Positions 9,284 through 17,440 of a stretch of 35,618 nt of DNA are shown here, piece by piece; the stretch's first letter is position 1; each line of letters begins with the position of its first letter. A program made the translations under genes and the position numbers. The notes below the pieces were generated by a model. The model made no database searches, was not told the DNA's origin, and saw only the letters and a list, made by a program, of their open reading frames with translations. Origin of the DNA: Thermodesulfobacteriota bacterium. GTDB taxonomy: Bacteria > Desulfobacterota > Desulfobacteria > Desulfobacterales > SURF-7. Location: assembly GCA_049320885.1 (NCBI GenBank), contig JBMORA010000065.1:1-35618 (forward strand), read 5' to 3'.

Positions 9284-11224
9284 TCATGGGGGGTCCTTCA
9301 ACTCCAGGATGGTTTCGATGATCCGGTCCTGCCGTCTCAGCCGCAGGGTATAGCGTGTGCCGGATTTTTCGCGGAAGAGGCGGACGATGGGACGCAAGCC
9401 GGCAAAATAGGTCAAATCGATGCCGTTGACCGCCAGGATGGCGTCTCCTGGCTGAATCCCGGCCGCCTCGGCGCCGGATTGAGGCGCCACCAGCACGGCC
9501 ACGGGATACCCGGACTCGGTCCAGCCCATGGTCAGTCCGCTTTTATCGGTTTCCGGCGTTTGTTGGAAGCCTCTCCCCGGTTCCAATATCACTTCCTGAC
9601 GGTTGTAGTCGAGGTGGACGATGAAATGGCGCAGCAGTGAATTGCCGATATTGCCGATGGTTTCCGCCCGGACGCCCGCCCCGGAGTCGGCGACCGTCGG
9701 GACGCCGATGACGGGATGGTCGATGGTGAATCCGCCCACCTGAAACGTCTTGAACCGGACCATCCGCTCCCGGTGCACTCCCGCCATGCCCCGGCTCAGG
9801 CGCTCGAAGCCCTTTTTCCCCAGTAAACCGTTGCCGGACGCGAAGGGGTAGTTGAAGGAAGAACTGAAGGCGCCGAGATCGATGGTCCACTTGCCGCGAT
9901 ATTTTCCGTCGACCACGGCTTCCAGGCAGAAGGTTTTGTATTTCAGGGGCGCGGCGATGCAAACGCCCGGTCCGTTGTACTCGAAGGTTTCCGGCGTGTA
10001 AAAAGAGACGGTCCGGCGATCATAGTCGATTCTGGTGACGAAGCGGGACAGAAAATCAAACCCGAGAATCCCCACCGCCGGGGGATCATGAAAGCCTTCG
10101 GCCAGGCCCTGATGGGTGAAAACCGTCTGGGAATCCACCCGGACCCCGCCCACCTGAAAGGGGGGCAGGGTTACAAAAGCGAGGTCGAAATGATCGCCGT
10201 AACCGTGGCCTTTCAACCGGCCCCGGGGAGTCAGGCCGATTCCGGCGGCGAAACCGGTATCGATCACCGACATGGACGCGCCGCTGTCCAGCAACCACAG
10301 CCGGGTGTCGCAGTTCATTCTCACCGGCAGATAGATGCTGTTTTCGATGAACTCAAACGGGATATCCAGGGCACGGTCCCCGGCTTCGAAAGCGACGTCC
10401 GCGGCCCGGTCCGGGGGGATCCGGAAAGTACCGGCCGGAATATCCGGATTGGGAAGAAACCGTTCGGTTACCACCCGGATCTCCCTGTCCAGCGGCCGGA
10501 TCCGGGTGACTTCGTAACATGCATGGACCAGTCCCCCGATTTCCCGATGGTTGGCATACCGGGTGTGGATTTCGATATCCGGCTGACGAACAATCAGCAG
10601 CCGCAACAGGAAGGTTTGGCTGTCGAAATAAAACCGGCTGACATCGCTGTTCAGGCGGTTCGTCATCCGGACCACGCGGCAGTTCCTTCCGTCGATGGTT
10701 TCCCGGCCTTCCCCTATCAGGGTGAAAAAATCGGATCGGGGATCCAGGTGCTCGAAGTTCTCCAGGCGGATCTGAACGGCCCGTCGGTCCATGGTCTCCC
10801 GGTCCCTCTCCACCAGAACTTTGCCGTTCACATCCTCCACCCAGGCCGTCGCGCCGTCGTCTCCGGAGGATTGACGGAAGATCCCGTAATCCTCCTCCAG
10901 CAGAAACGCCACGGGATGCGCGTCCCACTGCTTGAACCGGCCTTCCATGCCGTCGAACACGATGACGCCTTCCGAATAACCGGTTTTCAGGTTCTTCAGG
11001 CGTTCCAGTCCGCCGACGGCCTCATAATGCATGCGGAACAGCATCCGCGGATCCGAGGGCCCGTCTCCGGCCGCGGCGATGGACACCATCGCCGGCAGCA
11101 GGCAATAGAACATTACCAGAAGCAGTCCCTTATGAAACCGGCCGCCGCGGAACGAAACCACCCGGATACCGGAAACCGATCTATTGTTTATAGCCGAAAC
11201 GGCGCAGCAATTGTTTGCGGGCAT
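9284..11224 (-). CDS. Secreted aspartyl protease family protein (LolA-like N-terminal domain, two retropepsin-like domains, PDZ)
   Basis: LLDSGAS...GILGFDFL and TIDLGA...GNIGNSLL retropepsin motifs; PDZ signature AGIQPGDAILAVNG; hydrophobic signal segment. The start may be later (GTG 11161 or ATG 11113). Confidence 0.8.
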   Translation of the reverse strand: MPANNCCAVSAINNRSVSGIRVVSFRGGRFHKGLLLVMFYCLLPAMVSIAAAGDGPSDPRMLFRMHYEAVGGLERLKNLKTGYSEGVIVFDGMEGRFKQWDAHPVAFLLEEDYGIFRQSSGDDGATAWVEDVNGKVLVERDRETMDRRAVQIRLENFEHLDPRSDFFTLIGEGRETIDGRNCRVVRMTNRLNSDVSRFYFDSQTFLLRLLIVRQPDIEIHTRYANHREIGGLVHACYEVTRIRPLDREIRVVTERFLPNPDIPAGTFRIPPDRAADVAFEAGDRALDIPFEFIENSIYLPVRMNCDTRLWLLDSGASMSVIDTGFAAGIGLTPRGRLKGHGYGDHFDLAFVTLPPFQVGGVRVDSQTVFTHQGLAEGFHDPPAVGILGFDFLSRFVTRIDYDRRTVSFYTPETFEYNGPGVCIAAPLKYKTFCLEAVVDGKYRGKWTIDLGAFSSSFNYPFASGNGLLGKKGFERLSRGMAGVHRERMVRFKTFQVGGFTIDHPVIGVPTVADSGAGVRAETIGNIGNSLLRHFIVHLDYNRQEVILEPGRGFQQTPETDKSGLTMGWTESGYPVAVLVAPQSGAEAAGIQPGDAILAVNGIDLTYFAGLRPIVRLFREKSGTRYTLRLRRQDRIIETILELKDPP

Positions 11225-11663
11225 CGATGTCCTCTCTGGACTCTATTCCCTTGGAGGCGAATCCGTCGATGACCCCGAGAATCCCCCGCCCCTGCCCGGT
11301 CTCGGCGATCACCACTTCCAGCGGATTGGCGGTTGCGCAGTAGATCCTACAGACTTCCGGGACGTTTTTGATCGCGTTCAGGACGTTGATGGGGAAAATG
11401 TCTTTCATGAACAGAATGAAACTGTGACCGGCGGATAACGCCAGCGCGTTTTGCCGCGCCAGTTCGGTCAACCCCTCATCGGTTCCGGTATGCCGGACCA
11501 GGCATTTGTCCGAAGCCTCGCAGAAGGCCAGGCCGAATTTGGCCATGGGGACGCTGTTGACCATGACTTCGTGAATATCCTCCACGGTTTTGATGAAATG
11601 GGATTGTCCCAGAATCAGGTTGAGATGATCCGGATTCCGAATGCTGACGGTTTTCAATTCCAT
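11181..11663 (-). CDS. Adenosine-specific kinase family protein (DUF355-type)
   Basis: ILGQSHFIKTVEDIHE, FGLAFCEAS, CATANP and GRGILGVIDG family motifs; AGGAGG RBS before ATG 11663. Confidence 0.9.
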   Translation of the reverse strand: MELKTVSIRNPDHLNLILGQSHFIKTVEDIHEVMVNSVPMAKFGLAFCEASDKCLVRHTGTDEGLTELARQNALALSAGHSFILFMKDIFPINVLNAIKNVPEVCRIYCATANPLEVVIAETGQGRGILGVIDGFASKGIESREDIDARKQLLRRFGYKQ

Positions 11664-11696
11664 GGGTCCTCCTGCCATGTAAAAAGGTTTTGATCG

Positions 11697-12071
11697 TTAG
11701 GTTTCGGACGGTTCGATGCCGATCAGCTCGGGCTTTTGGATGACCGTGAGCAGGATTTTCAGGCGCCGCGAAGCCTTGATCCGACAGGAAAGCCCGGCCG
11801 GCAGCACCATGGTCCGGCCGGCTTCGGCCGCCTGTTCATTTCCACCGACTGTCACCAGTGCCCCGCCTTCCAGAATTTGCAGCAGGGCTTCGCCCGGACC
11901 GATGACGGGTTCAAGGGTGTGGCCTTTTTCAACGGCGAACAGATGGATCGCCAAGGCCTCATTGCGGGACAACTCCCGCTGCGACACGCCATCGGGTTCA
12001 TATTCCGCCAAGGCGGCGATCCCCTTCAGTTCCGAAAGGGGGATGGCGCTGATTCGTACCGCGGGATTCAT
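11697..12071 (-). CDS. Cupin domain protein
   Basis: Cupin beta pattern (LFAVEKG...ALLQILEG...AG...LPAG); ATGA overlap with the upstream gene. Confidence 0.7.
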   Translation of the reverse strand: MNPAVRISAIPLSELKGIAALAEYEPDGVSQRELSRNEALAIHLFAVEKGHTLEPVIGPGEALLQILEGGALVTVGGNEQAAEAGRTMVLPAGLSCRIKASRRLKILLTVIQKPELIGIEPSET

Positions 12072-13069
12072 CCGCGGGCTCTTTCCAGGGCGTGGGCCAG
12101 GGCCTCCTCCGCCTCCTTCACCATCCGCGCCACCAGCTCGCCCACCGAGGGGATATCGCGGATGCGGCCGACGGACTGACCGATGGTCAGCATGGCTTCC
12201 TCGATACTCCCGTTTTTCCAGACCTGACGGGCCCGCTCACCGGAGATCAGGGGCAGCAGTTCCGACAAATCTCCGCCGGACGCTTCGACGGCCTCGATTT
12301 TCCGCATGATGTCGTTGCGCAGGGCCCGTACCTGCAGCCCAAATCCCTGGAGCAGTTTCTGGAGCTGCAGAGCGGTGTCGTTTTCATTTTTTTCCAGCAG
12401 GGTCTGATAGATGTTGGCATGAACCCCGCTTTCCCTGGTGGCCAGAAAGCGGGTGGCCATCATCACACCGTCGGCCCCGAGGGAAAGGGCCGCCGCCAGG
12501 CTTTTGCCGTCGGCCATTCCGCCTGCCGCCAGCACGGGAATGTCCACCGCCTCCACCACCTTGGGAACCAGGATCATGGTGGAGACATTGTCCTTGTGAG
12601 GAAATCCGCCTTCCTCGAACCCGGCCACCGTGACGGCGTCATAGCCGACTTTTTCCGCGTGAACGGCGTGCTTGACCGTACCCACCTTGTGGAGCACCTT
12701 GACGCCCGCTTCCCTGGCCATGGGCAGGAAATCCGCGCCCAGAAAAGTATCCACCGGCGCTCCGGCGATTTCAATGGCGGTGACCCGCTTTTCACAGCAA
12801 ACCCTGAAAAAATCCTGCAGCAGCGCCAAGGGAAGGCGGATGGAGGGCATGGTGGTGATATTGACAATGAAGGGGTTGGGCGTCAACTCCCGGGTGCGGT
12901 CTATAGCCGCGCTCAGTTCATCGGCGGAATTGTAATTTCCGGAAGTGAGATTCCCCATGGCCCCCGTGTTGCTGATGGCCGCCGCCAATTCGGGAGTGGC
13001 GATCCACAGCATCCCGCCGCACTGAATGGGATAACGGATACCGAACAGTTCCGTGATTCTGGTTTTCAT
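12068..13069 (-). CDS. Nitronate monooxygenase / FabK-like FMN-dependent oxidoreductase
   Basis: MKTRITELFGIRYPIQCGGM N-terminus, PVLAAGGMADG, GADGVMMATRF, IGQSVGRI. Start moved to 13069 after AAGGA. Confidence 0.88.
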   Translation of the reverse strand: MKTRITELFGIRYPIQCGGMLWIATPELAAAISNTGAMGNLTSGNYNSADELSAAIDRTRELTPNPFIVNITTMPSIRLPLALLQDFFRVCCEKRVTAIEIAGAPVDTFLGADFLPMAREAGVKVLHKVGTVKHAVHAEKVGYDAVTVAGFEEGGFPHKDNVSTMILVPKVVEAVDIPVLAAGGMADGKSLAAALSLGADGVMMATRFLATRESGVHANIYQTLLEKNENDTALQLQKLLQGFGLQVRALRNDIMRKIEAVEASGGDLSELLPLISGERARQVWKNGSIEEAMLTIGQSVGRIRDIPSVGELVARMVKEAEEALAHALERARG

Positions 13070-13084
13070 GGCAGTTCCTTTCAA

Positions 13085-14419
13085 TCAGTCATTCGAACAT
13101 TCAAGGGGCAATCCCGCTTTGCGGTTCTGCTTCCGCCAGTAGCTCCGAAAGGCGAAACCATTGGGCCGCCGAATCGGCTGCCCCACCACCAGGGACATCC
13201 ATTCGGCGGTGAGTCTGTCGGCCTGCTCGAAAGCTTTCCGGGTGAGGTCGGAAAAGGATTCCGTCGCCGGTTGATTCGCTTCCGCCATCAGTTCCTGCTC
13301 AAACCGGTCCCGGTCGGCCGCGAAAAGGCGGCCCCTGGCGCTAAGATCGCACAGCACCCGCCGGTGAAAGGCCTCATGCCGCCACCAGAGGGTTTTTTCA
13401 TCGTAATATCCGCCCGGTGGCGGCCCCAGGTCCGGAAGGACCGCACCGGAAAAACGGATGGGTTTGAAAATGGCGGTGCAGGGCGCGGCCGTTCCCGTGG
13501 CCCAGTAGGTTTGCCGGTCCGGCAGCAACCGGGCCGCAAAGGAGCCGGTGGTTCCCGAATTGCGGGTCAGTCCGTTGCCGGCATGGACGCAGATGCGGCT
13601 CGTCAACCAGTGTCCATCGGGCCGATAGTCATCCCCGGCGTGATCCCGCAGGAGGGACAAGGCGTCCGCAATGCCGATTTTCGAAGTTTTACGGGCTCCG
13701 AGCACCGAAAGGGCGCGGCTCCTCCTGCCGCGGCAATCGGAAAAAGTCGTATAGAGCCGGTCGGAATAGCAATCCGCAAAATGAAAGGTCGCGCCTTTCT
13801 GGAGCCATTTTTTGCGCCTGGCGGTCTCGATCAGTTCCGGGTGGCTGCGGTCGAAGGCCTCCCCGATGGTGAGTCCATTGCTGATGGCGTGCAACTCCCG
13901 GATTTCCAATGCGGCCCATAAATGTCCCGAGGTTTCCAGCACCCAGGCCCCTTCCGGATCGGCGATGATGAAACTGTTGTGGTAGACCATCCGGGTGTCC
14001 TCATAGCCGCAGACTCCTCCCTGGCCGTGATCCGAAAGCAACCGCACGATGGTTTCCAGAGCTTCCTCGGCCGTTTCGCTTCTTTCCAGGGCCAGCCGGA
14101 GCAAATCCATTCCCGTCAGGCCTCCTTTGCGGTCATAGGGCATTCTGGTGAACACGGCTTCATTGCCGATGACCACGCCTTTTTCATTGGCGCCCATTTC
14201 CGCCCCCCACATCCAGAAAGGACGGGACAGCAGCACGGCATTGGTCCGCCGCACCTGGGGTATTTCCACATACGTGCAGCGGACGACGGCGGGGTTTTCC
14301 TCCCTTTGGGGATGGAACTCAAGAACCTGGGCTTCATTGGGTTCCCGGTCGCTGTTTTTTCCAAAAATGACGGCGCCGTCGCCTGTGACGGGGGGAAGAG
14401 CGACGAAGGTATCACACAT
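13085..14419 (-). CDS. Secernin-like C69 family peptidase (N-terminal nucleophile Cys)
   Basis: M-CDTFVA start, KNSDREPNE, WMWGAEMGANEKGV, GMDLLRLALER, SFIIAD; GAGGTG RBS. Confidence 0.9.
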   Translation of the reverse strand: MCDTFVALPPVTGDGAVIFGKNSDREPNEAQVLEFHPQREENPAVVRCTYVEIPQVRRTNAVLLSRPFWMWGAEMGANEKGVVIGNEAVFTRMPYDRKGGLTGMDLLRLALERSETAEEALETIVRLLSDHGQGGVCGYEDTRMVYHNSFIIADPEGAWVLETSGHLWAALEIRELHAISNGLTIGEAFDRSHPELIETARRKKWLQKGATFHFADCYSDRLYTTFSDCRGRRSRALSVLGARKTSKIGIADALSLLRDHAGDDYRPDGHWLTSRICVHAGNGLTRNSGTTGSFAARLLPDRQTYWATGTAAPCTAIFKPIRFSGAVLPDLGPPPGGYYDEKTLWWRHEAFHRRVLCDLSARGRLFAADRDRFEQELMAEANQPATESFSDLTRKAFEQADRLTAEWMSLVVGQPIRRPNGFAFRSYWRKQNRKAGLPLECSND

Positions 14420-14450
14420 GCAGCACCTCGTTTTTCTGGTTGTTCCCGGC

Positions 14451-14479
14451 AAACTACCAGATGGCGTCAGGCATGTCAA
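14451..14479 (-). promoter_or_regulatory. Sigma70-type promoter of the secernin operon
   Basis: TTGACA-17 bp-TAGTTT with an extended TG; supports the start at 14419. Confidence 0.65.
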
Positions 14480-14502
14480 TTTTGTACCGGTGAATATCCG
14501 AA

Positions 14503-15480
14503 TCAGGTAAGGCCGCCGGCCTTCGACCGGATGGCGTTGATAGCCTCCACCGCCGCGGCCGCCGCATCCCTGTTGCGAATTCCGGCGTGGATCCTTTCCA
14601 GGAAAGGCAGGAATTCCGGATCACCCAGTTCGCCTATCAGGTACATCATGTCCCCCCTGACCGTTTCCTCCAGATCGGAAAATCTCTCCTGCAGCAGTTC
14701 CGCAGCCCGGCGAGCCAGCTGCCGGTCCGTTTCGATGAGTTCCTCCATCACCACCATGGCTCCCAGGCGCACTGTCCAGCGGGAATGGGTGAGCAGGGTC
14801 AGAAAGGCCGGAAAGATGCTCCGCGCTTCCCGCAGCATGGCGGCCACCCGGGAAGCGCCTCCGGCCTGCAGAATGCTCTGAAGGGTGTCCGCGCCCAGAT
14901 CCGCCGGATTTCGATCCGCCATGACCCGAACCACTTCGGGAACCGGGATGCTTCCCGACCAGCGGAAACGGTCGAAAACCAATGTGGGAGCGGACTGAAC
15001 CCCGTCCACCATGGTTAACTCCGGAAAGAGGGCGCCGTCGATGACAGCCAGTCGGACCCGGTCGCAGGAACCGGCGATGGAAATCATGCGTTCCACCGCC
15101 GCCGGGCAGTGCGGGCAATGGGAGGTGATGAACAACTTCAGAAAAACGGGCAGACTCAGGCGGTCCAGCGCCGAACGGAGTTCCAGGGAAAGATCCGCCG
15201 CCGGTTTTTCCGGTCCTAAAGCCGACAGGAACGGAACAAGTTCCGGTCCCAGCGGCAGCGCCTGGTAGGTGATTCGCTCCCCGATGCGGATGCCGGGAAT
15301 CCCCTGGATTTCATTTCCCTCCCTTTCCAGTTGGATCCGGGGCGCCAGCCGAATCAGGTCCTCGCAAAAGGTATTAAACAGGTGGTCCTGTGCATGTCCG
15401 GCGGTAATCAGGCGGAGCCGGACTTCAGCCGCTTCCGATGCCTGCCACTGCCGGATTAGTTCCTCTTCCCGCGGGTTCAT
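14503..15480 (-). CDS. Thioredoxin-fold (AhpF N-terminal/PDO-like) protein with C-terminal HEAT-like repeats
   Basis: CPHC motif and VQSAPT cis-Pro loop, an upstream degenerate Trx fold, helical repeats (WTVRLGAMVVMEEL, VRGDMMYLIGELG). ATGA overlap with ndh places the start at 15480. Confidence 0.75.
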   Translation of the reverse strand: MNPREEELIRQWQASEAAEVRLRLITAGHAQDHLFNTFCEDLIRLAPRIQLEREGNEIQGIPGIRIGERITYQALPLGPELVPFLSALGPEKPAADLSLELRSALDRLSLPVFLKLFITSHCPHCPAAVERMISIAGSCDRVRLAVIDGALFPELTMVDGVQSAPTLVFDRFRWSGSIPVPEVVRVMADRNPADLGADTLQSILQAGGASRVAAMLREARSIFPAFLTLLTHSRWTVRLGAMVVMEELIETDRQLARRAAELLQERFSDLEETVRGDMMYLIGELGDPEFLPFLERIHAGIRNRDAAAAAVEAINAIRSKAGGLT

Positions 15481-16760
15481 CGTTCTTTCTCCTGGATTCC
15501 TTCCCCGGAGCCATAAAAGCGCCATCCTTTGTTGACGATCAGTCGCGCCCCCTTGGCGTAATTCAGATAAGAAATCGTCCACTGTAGAAAAACGAACATC
15601 CGGTTCTTGAAACCCATCAGATAGTAAATATGAACGAACAGCCAGGCGGCCCAAGCCCAGAATCCATCCAACTCGATGCGGCCGTAAGCCATCACTGCCT
15701 TCTTACGTCCAATGGTCGTGAGCTGACCTTTATCCCTGTAACGGAAAGGCTTTCTCTTCCTTCCGCGGAGATCGCGCAGAATCGTCCGGGCCACAAAGCG
15801 CCCCTGCTGCAAGGCCACCGGCGCATTGGCGGGCAGCGGACGTCCGGTTCGATCGGCCGCGTGGGCCTGATCCCCGGCGGCAAATATGTTGGGATGCCCC
15901 TTGAGGCTGAGATCCGGCTCGACCATGATCCTGCCCATGGAATCCAGGGGGCCACCCAGAAAGCGGTTCAATGCAGACGCCTGGATACCGGCGGCCCACA
16001 AAGTGGTTTCGGCTTCAATGATTTCACCGCCGATATCCACGCGCCGCGGATCGATACGGGCGACCTTCCGGGATGTCCGGACTTGGACGCCCAGACCTTC
16101 CAGAGATAGCCGCGCCGCATCCGAAAGGGTTTCCGGGAAAGCCGGCAATATTCTGGGACCGGCCTCCACCAGAAGGATGCGGGCCATCGCCGGATCGATG
16201 TTCCGGAAATCCCTGGCGAAAGTGAAACGGCTCAATTCAGCGATGGCGCCGGCCAGTTCCACGCCGGTGCTTCCTCCGCCCACGATCAGAAAAGTCAGCA
16301 GCCGTGTCTTTGTCCGTATGTCGGAAGCGGTTTCGGCCTTTTCGAAGGCGCTCAGGATTCGCCTGCGGATTTCCACCGCCTGTTCGATGGTTTTCAGTCC
16401 CGGAGCGAATTCTTCCCAGGCGTCATTGCCGAAATAGAAATGCCGGGCACCGCAGGCCATGATCAGGTAATCAAAATGAAAATCGCCGATGTCCGTCTGA
16501 ACGCGCCGGTTTTCCGGCGAAATGGCGGACACCTCGCCTTGAAACACCCGGACGTTGGGGCAGTCCGGGAACAGCGAACGAATCGGCACGGCGATCTCGG
16601 CGGGACTCAGCCCCGCCGTGGCCACCTGATACAGCAAGGGCTGGAACAAATGGTAATTGTTGCGATCAAGGATGGTCACGTTGGCATCTTTTTGACCGGC
16701 CAGAACCTTGGCGGCGTTCAGGCCGGCGAATCCGCTGCCGATGATGAGAATCTCTTTCAT
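15477..16760 (-). CDS. ndh: Type II NADH dehydrogenase (NDH-2)
   Basis: IIGSGFAG, HLFQPLLYQVATAGL, VGGGSTGVELAG, AAGD, C-terminal WAWAAWLFVHIYYL amphipathic helix. Confidence 0.9.
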   Translation of the reverse strand: MKEILIIGSGFAGLNAAKVLAGQKDANVTILDRNNYHLFQPLLYQVATAGLSPAEIAVPIRSLFPDCPNVRVFQGEVSAISPENRRVQTDIGDFHFDYLIMACGARHFYFGNDAWEEFAPGLKTIEQAVEIRRRILSAFEKAETASDIRTKTRLLTFLIVGGGSTGVELAGAIAELSRFTFARDFRNIDPAMARILLVEAGPRILPAFPETLSDAARLSLEGLGVQVRTSRKVARIDPRRVDIGGEIIEAETTLWAAGIQASALNRFLGGPLDSMGRIMVEPDLSLKGHPNIFAAGDQAHAADRTGRPLPANAPVALQQGRFVARTILRDLRGRKRKPFRYRDKGQLTTIGRKKAVMAYGRIELDGFWAWAAWLFVHIYYLMGFKNRMFVFLQWTISYLNYAKGARLIVNKGWRFYGSGEGIQEKER

Positions 16761-16920
16761 GCCTTTCCTTCTTTTTTCGGGGAACGGATAAAATAAAACA
16801 GCATGCCGTTTTTGGAAATTTTCTTCAAGACCAAAACAGCCCGATGCCCTTGCCTTTTTCCGGTCCGGAAGGTAAAAAGAAACGATATCGACAACCGGGT
16901 GACACATAGGGAGCAGGCTA

Positions 16921-17397
16921 ATGAAAATACGGAATGGACTGTTGGTTTGGATCGTTGCCTTTTTGTGTTCAAGTGCAGGGCCGGTTTGGGCCCAGACACC
17001 GCCCGTCAGAGGTCAGACCGTCTATGCCGCCGTCTATTCGCATATCTACAGCGGCGACAGGGAACGTCCCATCTATCTGGCGGCAACCCTGAGCATCCGC
17101 AATACCGACCTTCACCAGCCGATCCGGATCATCGGCGTGGATTATCATGACTCCGAAGGACGACTGCTGACAAAATACCTGGCGGCTCCCATTGCCCTCC
17201 CACCCCTGTCTTCCACCCGGTACGTCATCAAGGAATCCGACAAATCCGGCGGTTCAGGGGCCTGCTTTATCGTGCGCTGGAACGCGGACCGGAAAGTCGT
17301 TCCACCCCTGGTGGAGTCCGTCATGATCGGCACCCGGGGGCAGCAGGGGATCTCCTTCACCTCCAGGGGGCAGGTGATCGCGGAAGAAACCGAATAA
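16921..17397 (+). CDS. DUF3124 domain exported protein
   Basis: Signal peptide; [36 protein letters not shown] and GISFTSRG motifs. Confidence 0.85.
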   Translation: MKIRNGLLVWIVAFLCSSAGPVWAQTPPVRGQTVYAAVYSHIYSGDRERPIYLAATLSIRNTDLHQPIRIIGVDYHDSEGRLLTKYLAAPIALPPLSSTRYVIKESDKSGGSGACFIVRWNADRKVVPPLVESVMIGTRGQQGISFTSRGQVIAEETE

Positions 17398-17440
17398 CCG
17401 ATCCCGTGGTCGGGCCATTGAGATTATACGAGGATACCCC

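Noticed and set aside
14420..14479. N-terminal extensions in the ORF track (secernin, NDH-2, Trx-HEAT, ModC, dehydratase subunits)
   Set aside because: They overlap promoters or neighbouring genes. Downstream ATGs have RBSs or stop-start coupling and family-typical N-termini.
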